A DNA stretch of 64,000 nt, taken from Plasmodiophora brassicae (lineage: Eukaryota). The notes below the pieces were generated by a model. The model saw only the letters and a program-made list of their open reading frames with translations. It searched no databases and was not told the DNA's origin. The DNA is taken from the NCBI GenBank assembly GCA_036867785.1, contig CP145414.1, forward strand, positions 1,240,001-1,304,000. Direction: 5' to 3'. Shown one piece after another: positions 1-11,913 of this stretch. A program made the position numbers and the translations under genes. How positions within the stretch are numbered: the first letter of the stretch is position 1; the number at the start of each line of letters is the position of its first letter.

Positions 1-279
1 GTCGGTGTAGCGGTCCTGCAGGCGGCGTCTCGGCGAGAACGTGTAGACCTTGCTGTCGCGCATCGTGCGCTTCCCGCCGGGGTTGGACGGGCTGGCCGTG
101 CCGTCGTCTTTCTGCGGCAGGTCGACGGGCAGCGTCCCGGTGCTGACGCTGGTTTCGGCGTCGGACGTCGCGACGGCGCGCGTTGTGTTGAACAGGTAGC
201 GGACGGCAACGTAGATCGCGGATGCGATGAGGATGAAGACGCCGATTAAGACGAACATTACGATGTCGACGGTCGACAT
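1..279 (-). CDS. Single-TM membrane protein, 3'-partial (runs off the window start)
   Basis: ATG at 279 gives MSTVDIVMFVLIGVFILIASAIYVAVRYLFNTT..., open to position 1, with an N-terminal hydrophobic helix. Confidence 0.55.
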   Translation of the reverse strand, partial: MSTVDIVMFVLIGVFILIASAIYVAVRYLFNTTRAVATSDAETSVSTGTLPVDLPQKDDGTASPSNPGGKRTMRDSKVYTFSPRRRLQDRYTD

Positions 280-403
280 GATCACTGGGACGCGGGGCGC
301 GTGCCGTCTGCCCCAGTCCCGAGATCCCTGACGACAGCGGGTGCTTTACATGGCAATACTGTCTCGTGGTCATCATATATTGAATGTATGTGCCGATCCC
401 AAC

Positions 404-2244
404 CTACTCGAGCGTGAACGACTGCACCGTCAAGCTCGTGCGCGTGTCGTATTCGACGGCCTGGTCGGGCGCGTCGGCCATCGTGATCTGGTCGACGCCG
501 ATCCCGGCAATGGTCTGCTGCGACGTGAACTGGACACGAAGCGGGAACAGGGAATCGGGATCCACTGGGTCCGTCTTCCACTCCATCGTACCGGTCGCGT
601 CCGGCTCCACGTTCCCGATCGACCAGACGAGCGAGCGCGACGCATTGTCGTACACATAGTCACCGTCGCACTGGCTGACTTGCGGCGGCGGCGTCGTGAT
701 GACGATACGAACGTCCTGCAACGTGATCCGGTCCGACTCGGCCTGGTACTCGGCCGTGACGACTGTTCGTCCGTTCTCCTGGGACGGCCAGAACGTGACG
801 CTGAAAGGGAGGAACGACGAATCCGACGTCGACAGCTTCCATTTGAGGATCGGAGCGGCATTCGAGGACCCGATCGGGAAGCCTTTGTCGGATTCCTTCA
901 GTGCCAGGATCTGTGAGGACGTCCAAGCGCCCTTGTCCATCTTTGGATGCGGCTGGAATCGGGTACCCTTTGGTGCAGACGCCAACGCGCCGACATGGAG
1001 GCGAATGCGGGCGTAGTCTGGGTTTCCAACAGTGAGCTTGACAGTACCGACGGCTTCAAGCTGTTTCAGCGTCCCGTCTCGTTCGCAGTGCACAGTGATA
1101 ACCTCCTCAATGGAGACAAGGACGCCGTCGACGATCTCAGCAGGTTCTGGGGCAGCAGATGCCGCTGGGCGGCTGAGAAGAGGCTGCCCAGGAGGGGACT
1201 GAACCGGAGCAAGGTGCTCTTCGGTGGCCAGCTGTGCGAAGAACTGGTCTCCCTGTCTGGATGCTCCACCGAGCGCTTGCCCAAGGCGCAAACCGACTGC
1301 GCCCTTCTGTTCTCGTTGCGCTCGAGACAGATTCGTAGGTTCGATGCGGGAATGCTGGTATGCGGTGGGTGGAGATGCGGGAGATGCACTCGACCCGTAT
1401 GTCCCAACCGAATAGTCGGGCGGGCCGCTGCCAGAGAGGTAGTCGCCCGATGAGTATCCGCCACCACCCATCCCGCGACCCGTCTGTATAGTCGCCATCT
1501 TCTGCTTGTGCTTCTCGATCTCAGCAGCGCGTTGCTTCATCTTTGACCGAGCGTCATCTTCCTTCGACGCTGACCATGTGATTTAGAATCCCACCACAGA
1601 TCAAACGTAAACTGCGCCCGCCCGACCTTTGATTATCTTCTGGAGTTTGGCCTCATGCGAATCCATTTCCGTGAATGTTCGGACCTGACTCAGGTAAGTA
1701 TCGAACGCCATGACGAAATGGGTTCACGACCGAACCTGCTGCAGAGATACGTTCTCTCGGTAGCCGCTTGAGATGACCTCGTCCAGCGCAAACACGAGTT
1801 GGAACGCATTCGACGAGACGGCCTGCTCATCATGCCCGTGGCAGAACTCAGGGACCTGGTGCGAAACAATACGATTATTAGCACGGGTCGGAATGGCAGA
1901 TGCTCCATAGCGTTTCGTACAAGTTTGGCGACGAGGCGGAGCGTCTCCAGATCTTCCATGATGTTCGACTGCTTGTTGGTGATGATGAGGACGTACAGCA
2001 GTTCAATCGGCTGGTATATATACCGCACGTTCTCTGTCTCGATGAACGTGTGCTCGCCGCCGGACCCGACCAACTTCGGGAACGCAGACAGCAGGCCCTC
2101 GATCCTCAGCTTGGACATCGCGATGAACTGCCGCGCAACGAGCACTACCCACGATACGTCATCACCTCACTGCACACTCCTCCGATCGACGCCTCGCGAA
2201 CCTTTCCCGGTCTTCGTGACGACCGCGGCAGATAGGACGACCAT
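404..2244 (-). CDS. ARCN1: Coatomer subunit delta (delta-COP), multi-exon
   Basis: [14 protein letters not shown]...LVARQF...[12 protein letters not shown]...[15 protein letters not shown]...[12 protein letters not shown] longin part; C-terminal mu-homology domain ([25 protein letters not shown]). Confidence 0.95.
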
Positions 2245-3247
2245 GGCGGTCGGTCCCTCGCAATCGCGAATGCCCTGCAAAAAAATCGCTCGACGACTTG
2301 AGCACACAGCCAGTCCACAACCCCGAAACGATCGTGGCGAAATGCCACAACGGCCTGTCCGGAATGAATAGCAACGCGCGGAAACGATCATCATGTGAAG
2401 TGCGGCCGGCAAACGGGGAACGTTGCACGCCGTGCACTAACGCGGCATGCCGGGCACGCGGGCCTGCGTCTGTCTGACCTTCGAGTGCGTATTTGACGGG
2501 CGGCGCTGCGACACGGGTCGCCTGTCGAAGCCCCCGCGGCTGTGCTTGCTACGCGCCGTGATTATTAACTGCTACACGAGGCAGAATACCCGCGGTGTAT
2601 CGCGTGTATCTCAACGTACGAGACGCGGCCGTGGATCGGACGTGTCGAGCTTAGCGCGCGGCGCCAGCTCAAACGCATGCACCGTTGGCCCATTGCCCTT
2701 TCGCGATAACGGCCACTACTCTGGCACGAACATGCCTCTCAGGCATGCCTTGATGCTTTCATTCGACTGCGTCATCCAGGACATGTGCGCGAGGAACCGC
2801 ACGAAACCCACCTGATCATAATGATATCCAGTAAGCTCGGCGAAGAACAAACCTGATTGCATTCCGTTCGGTAACGTAAGTGAAGAACAAACCCGGCTGC
2901 TTCAACTCAGTTACGTAGGTTTGTTCTTCGCCGGACTCTTTGAAATTCATCGTGCTGTCGAGTCGTCGTCACAACATGAAATGCCTGAATCGCGAACACG
3001 TAGGACACGAAGAAGGCGTGCCCTCCGCACTGCAGCAACAGCTCGTCAATGGCGGTCACATGATCCGTATCTACATAGGTCATCCGCCTTGTTCCCCAAA
3101 CGTTCTAAATGGCCGAGACTGTCCCTTTCGGCCACACATTTGTCAGATGCGGCAGCCTGCCTGTCGGCAACGCCGGGAATAGCACAGCGTCAGGCTCCTC
3201 GGCTGGGCGCGCGCGCGCACATTTCATCGCCGCCGTCGCTGGGCGAC

Positions 3248-3556
3248 ATGGAAGTAGTCACGGACGACGCCGTGGCGCGGGCCCTCGTCAACGACATCTG
3301 TGCGAGGCTCAACTTCAACCTATCATCGCAGGCGGAACTGTATGAGTTGCTGGTGACGGCTGCATCACTCGTCGACCACGTGCGGCGGTACGTGGCCGCC
3401 GGCGACCGATCGGCGACGTCGGCCGAGGCCGCTGCCCTGTTCGCCCTCGTGGAGCGGCTGCGTCCGCGGGACGACCCTGGGAGCGAGCACAAGTTCGCCA
3501 GCATCGAGCTGTTCATCAGGCAGATTACGTCCCGTTATCCATGCAAGGACCCCTGA
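3248..3556 (+). CDS. Small hypothetical protein (~102 aa)
   Basis: ATG 3248, GC3-rich codon usage, helical-looking sequence, converges on the PEBP gene. Confidence 0.5.
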   Translation: MEVVTDDAVARALVNDICARLNFNLSSQAELYELLVTAASLVDHVRRYVAAGDRSATSAEAAALFALVERLRPRDDPGSEHKFASIELFIRQITSRYPCKDP

Positions 3557-3624
3557 CCCGCGCGTCATCCACTAATATACGATGCAAGTCGCGTGTATTG
3601 CGATATTAACAGCGGTTCTCCGGG

Positions 3625-4254
3625 TTACGATTCGCTGTGCGATGGGGCCAGGTCGGGATGCGACACGAGAAAGAAGTTCCCAGCGACGGGAACGTTCAGG
3701 TCGAGGTTGTTGATGAACTCCTGCGTTTTGAATTTGTCGCGGGAGTCGGTGGCGTCTTCAGCCCCCTGGATTCGGCGCAGGATGGCGTCGGCGTCCAACT
3801 CACGTTCCTGCTCGAACACCAACAGAACGATGCGATGCGATCCGCCGCGCTCGACGAACTTCACGCTCTCGTACTCGAACAGGGTCTTGCCCTTGTCCAG
3901 GTCCAGCGCGGGCGCGTTGATCGTCAGCCAGTTCAACCATTCGCGCTTGGGTTCATTTACAGGGCTCAGGTGCACCATCAGGATGGTGTATAACGCGTCC
4001 TTGCCAGGTTTCCAGTCGAGGATGATCTCCGATTTGTAGGCGATATCGGCGTCCACGACGTCGCCCGGGTTGATCACCGTGTCCGCCTGGAGGGAGAGGC
4101 GCAGCGCGGCGACCTGGCCGGGCTCCTGCTTGATCAGGTCCGGGACGACCTTGTCCACCAGGAACGGGCTCTCCATCTTGGTGTGCAGATGCGTCTGCAG
4201 CATGGCGTCGGTCGCCTCCGGGCTCGGCACGTGCGCTGCCGTCGATGTCGCCAT
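3625..4254 (-). CDS. PEBP (phosphatidylethanolamine-binding protein) family, divergent
   Basis: YTILMV...REWLNWLTINAP...HRIVLLVFEQ...RDKFKTQEF...PVAGNFF follows the PEBP consensus order. Confidence 0.8.
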   Translation of the reverse strand: MATSTAAHVPSPEATDAMLQTHLHTKMESPFLVDKVVPDLIKQEPGQVAALRLSLQADTVINPGDVVDADIAYKSEIILDWKPGKDALYTILMVHLSPVNEPKREWLNWLTINAPALDLDKGKTLFEYESVKFVERGGSHRIVLLVFEQERELDADAILRRIQGAEDATDSRDKFKTQEFINNLDLNVPVAGNFFLVSHPDLAPSHSES

Positions 4255-4410
4255 GATCCCCTGATGCGTGCGACTCGAAAAACGTATGAATCCCAACCTG
4301 GCGGATCGTGCAGCCGAAATGAACGCCGGCCCAGTTCATCCCGAGCCGTGCCCAGGAACATTCCGGCAGTACGGGCCGGGAAGCCCCACACGCAGACGAC
4401 GACGCAATAA

Positions 4411-6719
4411 CCCCAAACTCCGTGGATTATGTCATATAATATGACATGCATGTTTGGCAGGACGTAGCGAAAAATGAGGACCTTGGAGGCGAATGGTAGC
4501 TTCCATCCTGAATAGTCCATGCCAGCCTCCACCTCGCCCCGAAGGTTCGGACTCCTGTCGACGTTGTGTTTCGTTCCAGTGCTCTCACGAAATCAGGCTC
4601 TCCCATGCTTCTATTTTGGGTGCATATGACATAGTATGTCATGCAAAGGCAGCATGACATAGTATGTCATGCAACACACTTTTGCCTGTATTGATACTCT
4701 GGTGCATTCTCAAGAAGATCAAAGGGGATGCGATCATCGACTGGACTGCGAGCGTGTCACTGGTCCACGCGAGCGGCGTCCGGAGCGATTGCTTGCCGGG
4801 TTTTCCGAGGGTAAAGTGGCCACATCGTGTCGTCGGCGTCCGCCGATGGACTGCACTGTAGGTCCTCCACTTGCAAGCAGTAATGCGTCCAAACCACCTT
4901 CAGGAGAGGACGGCGATCGTTCGTCAGAACGCCCAAGTCGAATACACGTTCCCCGGTCCGACTGTCAGGGCGGAACTGGACAGACAGGTTGACATCACCG
5001 GGATCATGGAATCTGTCGAAGCATGATAACGTATTTGAACCGAATCTCGTCTTGCATAACGGCACTTGGCAAATGCTGCACCACACCGTCGTGCTGCATT
5101 GTCGACATGTCCCATTCGGTTCCCGATATTGACGTCCCAGTAAACATCCCCCTTATTGCCAGAGCGCTGGACAACGTATGCCCTGTCTGAAACGGAGCGC
5201 GCGACCGTCCTCAGTCAGGAAGAACAACCGACGATTCCGCTTAGGTGGCTGGAGGAGCGGCACTGGATTGTCAGCTGCCTCTGCTGCACGCTGCAATTCA
5301 GAAGGCACTCAGGCAGGCCAGCCGAAGAAAATATTTGAAGGACCCTCATCGTTCAACAAATGTTTCCATTTGTCGAAACTGGACACATCGGCAATACGGG
5401 ATTGCAGCTGCTGCAGACGCCACAGCTCGTGCGCATTTAGCATGCACACGAAACAAAGCCGTTGCCAATTTAACGTCTTGGGACGGTCGCCGGAAATCGA
5501 CCTGGTGCCACTGTTCAGTAATGGATCTCATACATCGCGGTATTTGCATACCTTAACATTGTTCATCTCTCTCTCTCTCGAGACAACGTCCTGGCCGCCT
5601 TTCACATGATTTCAGAACCAGACAGCGGCTGGGACGATTTCGTGGGCAGGAGGTGGGCTTCGGCATTGAAGAAGCGCTTGCTTCATTTGTCGCCAGAACT
5701 TAACAATGTGGTGATCAACCGCGTGTTCCAGAGTGGGTACGGGTAAAGCGTCGATCTGCGCAGGTCCAGCATGTTTGTCCCCGATGCGCTGACAAGCAAG
5801 CAAGTAATGTTCACGTGTTCACGCAAAACGCCAGGAACGGTTACCAAGACAGCACACAGCACTGAAGTGCTCGATGTACATCCCACCATGCTTGTTTCTC
5901 GACGGCAAACGCCAGTGGATACGAATCCGACCACTCAGGGTCGAAGGTATCAGTCGGCGTCGTCGCGTAGAGGCTCATCGCCCATATCGCATCGGGATTC
6001 AAGCGCGACAAATGGGCGGCAGCCCGTTGGCTGTTAACAGCCGTCGACAGATGCGAAAACAATGGCCTGCAAGGATGTCAGAAGGCAACGCACCGGAACA
6101 TCAAAGAAACAAGAGTACTGTAGACACAGGTTGCTAACATCCGACACCATGATGCGACTGGTCGCGGACGTCTTGTTCAACGACTATTTTGATGTCGTCG
6201 CAAACAATAGGTACGACGAGCCTCGCATTTGCAAGAAGCCATGCATCGACACTGTAAACTTGCTTCGCTCGAGAAGTGTTCATAGGCCCTGTTATCATAT
6301 ATCATGTAGACCGGACCGCCCAACTCGGCCACGAGAGCAGCTGCTCTCGTAGTCATACCGGAAAACCTACGTACATTGTTTGCCCATCATCGTTGACCTC
6401 GTCGTCGGGTTGAGACCACTGTGCTCGGACATGATCATCGTCATATGCAGCCCGCAGCATGCGGACAGCCGCCTCCCACACTTTGCGGTCTTCCTCCATG
6501 GAACCCACTCGGTTTCAAATCGGACGAAAGTCCGCAGGTAACGCCGCACGGCGGACTACGCCATTCGAACCGATTCAGACAGCATAGTTGTCAGTCTAGC
6601 CGTTGCAACAGGCCACCGGAAATCACCCCCATACATGACATACTATGTCATACAACGGAAAAGCTATTTCTGACACCCGAGCCCTGCATGACATAGTATG
6701 TCATCCACGGAGTTTGGGG
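4411..6719 (-). mobile_element. Decayed piggyBac-like DNA transposon
   Basis: 17-bp TIR CCCCAAACTCCGTGGAT (4411-4427 / 6703-6719); ATAA directly repeated at 4407-4410 and 6720-6723; minus-strand fragments WF*NHVKGGQDVVSR (third-Asp-region motif) and WCSICQVPLC...SCFDRFH (piggyBac-type C-terminal Cys-rich domain); stops and frameshifts. Confidence 0.85.
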
Positions 6720-6780
6720 ATAAAGTGCACGTGGCCGGCAACATCACTGGAGACGACACTTGTACGTACGTCCACGTCGG

Positions 6781-7370
6781 ATGACGCTCGCCATATGGGA
6801 GCGCCGTCGTGATGTGGACCTACCGCGTGAGTCAACGGAGGGTCAGTTGACGCCACCTATACGGCCGACAATCGACCACACTCTGGCCATTAACGTTAAG
6901 GCAAGGGTCTCCTGGCCATGAGGTCGTTGGAGACGTTGGACATGTACCTGCAGCGGCTGGAGCTCGCGCTGATGCCGATCATATGCGAAGATGTCGGCGA
7001 GGGCTCTGGCGATCGCCTGGTGCACCTGCTGCAGTCGGCCATGTCGTCGCTGATGGCTGCGATTGAGTTCATCAACGATGATAATGAGAGCATCGATAAG
7101 GCGATGATCGAGCAGGTCACCGACCTAGAACGTGGCCTATCGGCTGTGTTGGAGAACATGCAGGTTCGATCCGGCAGGCCCAGTTTCGATGCGATCCTAA
7201 CACAACGCGCGACGTCGATCGACGTTCGCGACCTGTCGGACGCTGCCGAACAGTTGAGCAGACAGATTGAGGACATCTACCAATACTCCAATAGCTTCCT
7301 CAGCGCGTTGCCGACTGGCCTGCCCAGACGCCCGTCGAGGTCGATCTCTGACATTGCCGACGCGGCATAG
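6781..7370 (+). CDS. Hypothetical coiled-coil protein (probable intron 6827-6900)
   Basis: ATG 6781; a GTGAG...TTAAG intron joins in frame to the 150-aa ORF 6918-7370. Confidence 0.55.
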
Positions 7371-7418
7371 TACTGTTAAAGTGTATCGTGAACATTCATG
7401 TAGGCAGGTTGGGACGAA

Positions 7419-8415
7419 TCAGGCGACGCTCGGGCGCGGTCCTGTATTCTCTTTCGGTGTTGACGACGGGTTAGCATTCCTTCCAGGAACTCTCGGGACG
7501 GCCATGGCCTCCTTGGAACGAAGCCGGAACCACACCATACCGGCCAGGAACATCGCAACGGTCTTATCAGCAATGTGGACGATGAAGACGGACTGCTCGC
7601 CAGCGTCCAGAGCAGCACTGATCGTCGCCGTCGCTATGGCCAGATTCGAAAGCGTGTACGCGACCAGCATGACCCACAGGACGCTCATGTTGCGGCGTAT
7701 GTCGACGTTGGCAGATCGCCAGAACTTGCAGATCGTGTAGAATCCTAGGCCCATCATGAATACGAAATTGAAGTACATGGGAGGGCCCGTCAACGTGATC
7801 CCGATCCTGCAACCAGTCCCCCTATCTTGTCAGCAGCGCCGATCATTCCCCGGGACGACCTCACCCGTATCCACCGCTGCACGACAGACCAACACTGTGC
7901 ACCTGCATGACGGTGGCGACGTTAACAACATTCAGCAGCTGTGGAAAGCTAGCGTCAACATCGGGCGCCAGGTTTCGTGCCCGTTCGTGCAGCCGACCAC
8001 GCCGCACAGATTCTGCAGGTAGAGAATGCACAGGAGGAACTTGTAGAACCTCCGGTCCATCTGATAGAAGACGGCAGTCCGGTAGTGGAACAGGTTGAAC
8101 TCGGACACCTGCGTGGCAGGTCAGACACCGGTGAACGTTCGGCATTTAGCGCGCGGATCGGACAACGAAGAACGTCTCGTGGTAGCTGAATGCGCACATG
8201 TGGGGCAGAACCGCATAGGTGACGTTGAGGAACAGGGACACGACTGACATGACCAGGTTGATCCTCGACAGCCTCTTCCCGAACTCCTGCCCATCCGAAT
8301 GACTGTACTTTATTGTGCTGTACAGGCAGAGCGGCACCAGCACGACGAGCACTTGTACGTTCGCCCACCAGTACACCCATAGTGGGTCCGCGGCGCCCAC
8401 CGCCTCCATTCCCAT
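7419..8415 (-). CDS. Multi-pass membrane protein, possibly 7TM/GPCR-like, multi-exon
   Basis: Successive hydrophobic helices in ORFs 8146-8415 and 7419-7793, separated by short GT-AG introns. Confidence 0.6.
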
Positions 8416-8673
8416 GTTCGACGTCACTCTACTCCTAATGCCCGAAAATCGTGGTCGGTTCGTCCAACCGCGCTCGGCGTACCTGCTGGTCACGTGTGTC
8501 TGGACTCTGGATCCCGATCCTAGCAACGTGCTGAATATTTAGTTTCGGTTATCCGCCGCGGCGCTCGCTCGGATATCGTCGACCAGGTTCACTCGCCTCC
8601 GTCCTGGCATGGCCGTAGGCCGATGTTGCCAACAGGCATACGCGACCGGAGCGGCCTACGCCGTGAAGATAAC

Positions 8674-9484
8674 TGTGGCATATATTAGGGCTCACGCCAT
8701 AGACAAGGCTGGCTCGGACTTCCGGACTCCGTGAGCTGTGGTCGAGGCTAGATAAACAGACTGCATATTGCCTAAGCCGGAATACGACACAGTGATCACT
8801 GTAGTCACGTACGAAGGTCGATGGCTGCAGGGACGGGGCGCGAATCGGTGTCGATGATCGACGAGAACTTGACTGAGGTTACAGCGCGACTAGACGCGCT
8901 GCAGCCGGTGGTCGAGGGCGGTGACGAAGACCACCCGGTCTACGAATACCCGGATGAACAGTCGGGACTGCCAGACGGCAACAGCGCTGTCGACGCAGCC
9001 CGCATCGCCAGCATAGCCAAGGTGGACAAGGCGACCAAGGCCCCTGAACTCGGGCTGTGTGACGGTAAAAGCATCAACAAGTGGTTTGATGCTCTGAAAC
9101 GACACACCGAGTACCTTAACAGATTGGGCGTACTCCGGAGTCGTGCACCGCTTCGAGAAATGATCGACGAGGATCTGCTACCAGTTCTCCTACGCAGCGC
9201 GGGTGAACTTCACTGGACCTCGGAAGACGTTCCCGATGACGTTATCGAGCGGATGCTACGTGGCTGGCAGATGGCCCAGGCGCCTGCTCAGAGCGGATCA
9301 TACTGGACCTACTTTGACTCTGCGCATGAACAAGAGCATCCAGGATGCCAGGGCGCGGGTGCTCGACTATGGTCGACAGCTGGTGAAGATCGTCAAGGAC
9401 CCGCGCCCTGGCATCCTGGATGCTCTTGTTCATGCGCAGAGAGTCGAAGTAGGTCCAGTATGATCCGCTCTGAGCAGGCGCCTG
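8674..9484 (+). mobile_element. Truncated Gypsy-type retrotransposon: putative LTR (8674-8791) plus gag fragment (from 8821)
   Basis: TGT...ACA-bounded 118-bp segment with a TATA-like motif; gag KAPELGLCDGKSINKWFDALKRH...LREMIDEDLL resembles KAPTLKSMDRKAVTTFMAELKTY...VRSMIDPGLL of the intact element's gag; only one LTR seen. Confidence 0.7.
9277..9484. repeat. Inverted repeat, ~84-86 bp arms with a 38-nt loop
   Basis: 9277-9360 is the reverse complement of 9399-9484 except for one substitution and a 2-bp indel. Confidence 0.95.
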
Positions 9485-9900
9485 AATTGCTCGGCAACTG
9501 CAATCCCGGGAGTCGTTTAAAATGACCATCGCTGGACGTGACAAGTGCTTTGGGGCGCCGCCCACATACTTACCGTTCAGCGGCCAGTACAGTCACCAAC
9601 ACATGCAGATCAGGACAGAGGGACAACCATGTCGCGTACGGCCCACGCGCTCTGCACCGTTGTGTATTGCGCGGACAGTCGCAGCGACGTCTCAGACAGT
9701 GAAGACCAGGTCCTGGTTGCGCTGCCCGTAACCAAAGTACCCAGCTTGTTCCGGCTGGCGCGATCCAAGCGACACGCGTGCCGAAAACCCTGTGCCAGTG
9801 CACACCTGCGTTACAACATAATGACCAGGAGGGCCCCTCATCAGTTAATCTAAACGTTTCGGCATCGTTCTATAGTCTACTGCTTAAGTACGACGAATAA

Positions 9901-10823
9901 GAGCGTGTTTCAAGTAAAAATAGAGCAAAATCAATAGAGGTCCTGACCAACAGGTTCGAAGTTACACGTTACGTTACCTCTATTTTCTAAAAAGAGGTCC
10001 GGGACCTCTTTTTCAACAATAGAGATGACGGCGTCCGCAACGGTAGGCATCGTTGTCAACCAGAAATGTGCTGTGTAGCGACTGAATGTGCTTCAGAGAT
10101 GACTAGGCGCATCGTGGCAACCATCGCTGCCGCTCAGGGTGCTGCGGTGACCATCTGTGCGGCCGCTTGTGCTGTGATTGCCTCGCGTAACGTACTCGAT
10201 GGTCGAAAATTTCGACAGCTTCCTCGAAACGCATCTCCATGCGCGCCGGCCAGCTTCGTGACGCGTGCAATGACAGCACGTTTAATGTAGGATGGTTCAA
10301 AGGGCACTTGCGCTGCACGAAAGCGTCGTTTGACCAGATAGTCAAGATGGTGTCAGAGTTGTTGCACATCTCGCGATCAGCAGCCTTCAACTTGCGATTC
10401 TGGGCGAGCACCTGCTGGTACTTGATCTTGATCTTCTCAAGCGGCACACCCATGCCCAGCTGATTGTTGAACATGCCAGCCAGTCGCTGCCACCCCTTGC
10501 TCAGTTGCTGCTTGTTTTTGGCGTCCAAGAAGTAACTGCGAAGTTGCTCCTTGGACGCCAGAAGCACTTCCACCATATCGGCCCGCCACGATATGGTCTC
10601 GCTGGTCTCCCCTCCTTTCTCGCGCCGACCACGTTTCCTCTTCGGTGTCTCGTCCGACTTCTCCATGGCGTCTACCGGTCTACTTGCAGTGAGCTGCAGA
10701 CTCCACGGACTCCGTGAGCCTACTTTCGGAAAATAGAGGTGCAATTGAGGTGACCTCTACTTGAAACAGGAAAGTGCGCGGACCTCTATTGATTTCACCT
10801 CTATTTTTACTTGAAACACGCTC
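9901..10823. mobile_element. Internally deleted PIF/Harbinger element (family 1)
   Basis: 25-bp perfect TIR GAGCGTGTTTCAAGTAAAAATAGAG (about 43 bp imperfect); + strand transposase N-terminal fragment (WFKGHLRCTKASFDQIV) joined to the - strand 5' part of a Myb/SANT-like gene (ATG 10666, SWRADMVEVLL...GWQRLA...KIKIKYQ); TAA on the left flank only. Confidence 0.85.
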
Positions 10824-11038
10824 AGGTGATGAGTTAAGGGTGCGTCTGGCAAACGAGTGCGAAAAATGGCATTTTCCGAAATGCCATTTTTTACCATTTG
10901 GTTCCCAGTCCCATCTCGGAAAATGGAGATGCGTTGCCAGACGCCCGCTAGAAAAATGGCGTTTTGTCCTACGGCTGAAACGGGCGTCGCGGACTCCGCA
11001 GGGGACAGGCCCGGCCGGGGCCGGCATTTCCATTTGCA

Positions 11039-11437
11039 ATGGTGGCGAGCGACAGCGTGTCGGCCAACTGGAAAGATGGCACCAAGTCCAAGTACTTGTT
11101 GCGCCAGCTGCAGAAACAAGCGGATCGCGGTAAGCGGGCTGGAAACAATTTTAAGAAAGAAGCTTGGACTGCGGCCTTGGCGAATTTCAACACCAAGTTC
11201 GGTGTTCAGTATTCACTGAGCCAGGTAAAAACCCACTTCGAATCGGTGAGCTCAACCTGTGGTGGAAAGTCTGGAGTTGCTGACCGTGTTGCGAAGCTGA
11301 AGACGAAGTTTGGCCATTTCCGAAGCCTGCTGGACATGTCGGGCTTCGGGTGGGACGACAACTTGAAGGTGGCAACCGCGCCGGACGATGTCTGGGAGAA
11401 ACTCCTAGCGGTAGTTATAGTCCAACCGCTGCGTTGA
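11039..11437 (+). pseudogene. Truncated Harbinger Myb/SANT-like DNA-binding gene (left arm)
   Basis: FKKEAW...QVKTHFES...SGFGWDDNLKVATAPDDVWEKL motif; probable in-frame intron 11247-11297; truncated by fusion to antisense transposase. Confidence 0.85.
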
Positions 11438-11497
11438 AAACGTTCCTGTGCATCGCAGAGCTCAATTTCGAAAAATGGCATTTTGAAGCGAGCGCCA

Positions 11498-11856
11498 ATG
11501 CCGGACGCGCACGCCGTGTTGGGCGACCATGGGGTACTCCCGTTGATGGTGGCGGCGGCATGGTACTCGGTTATGTACCTGTTGAAGACGCCATGCCGCA
11601 CGTCTAGCCTTTCAGGAAAGGCGTGGGTTGATGAACTTCTCGCGGGCAATCACAGGCGCTTCCGAGAGGTCATGCGCATGGAGCCTGAAACGTTTCATCA
11701 ACTCAAGCTTCTGCTACTCGACAAGGACCTGCTCCGGCCGAGCCGATGGGTGTCGGTCGAAGAAAAATTGGCCATATTCCTGTTCATCGCTGGTCATGCC
11801 GCTTCAAATCGCGAAGCACAGGAACGTTTTCAACGCAGCGGTTGGACTATAACTAC
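11498..11856 (+). pseudogene. 5' fragment of a Harbinger (PIF/HARBI1-like) transposase, without the DDE core
   Basis: RTSSLSGKAWVDELLAG...FREVMRMEPETF..L...VSVEEKLAIFLF..GHAASNREAQERFQRSGWTI. Confidence 0.88.
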
Positions 11857-11913
11857 CGCTAGGAGTTTCTCCCAGACATCGTCCGGCGCGGTTGCCACCT
11901 TCAAGTTGTCGTC

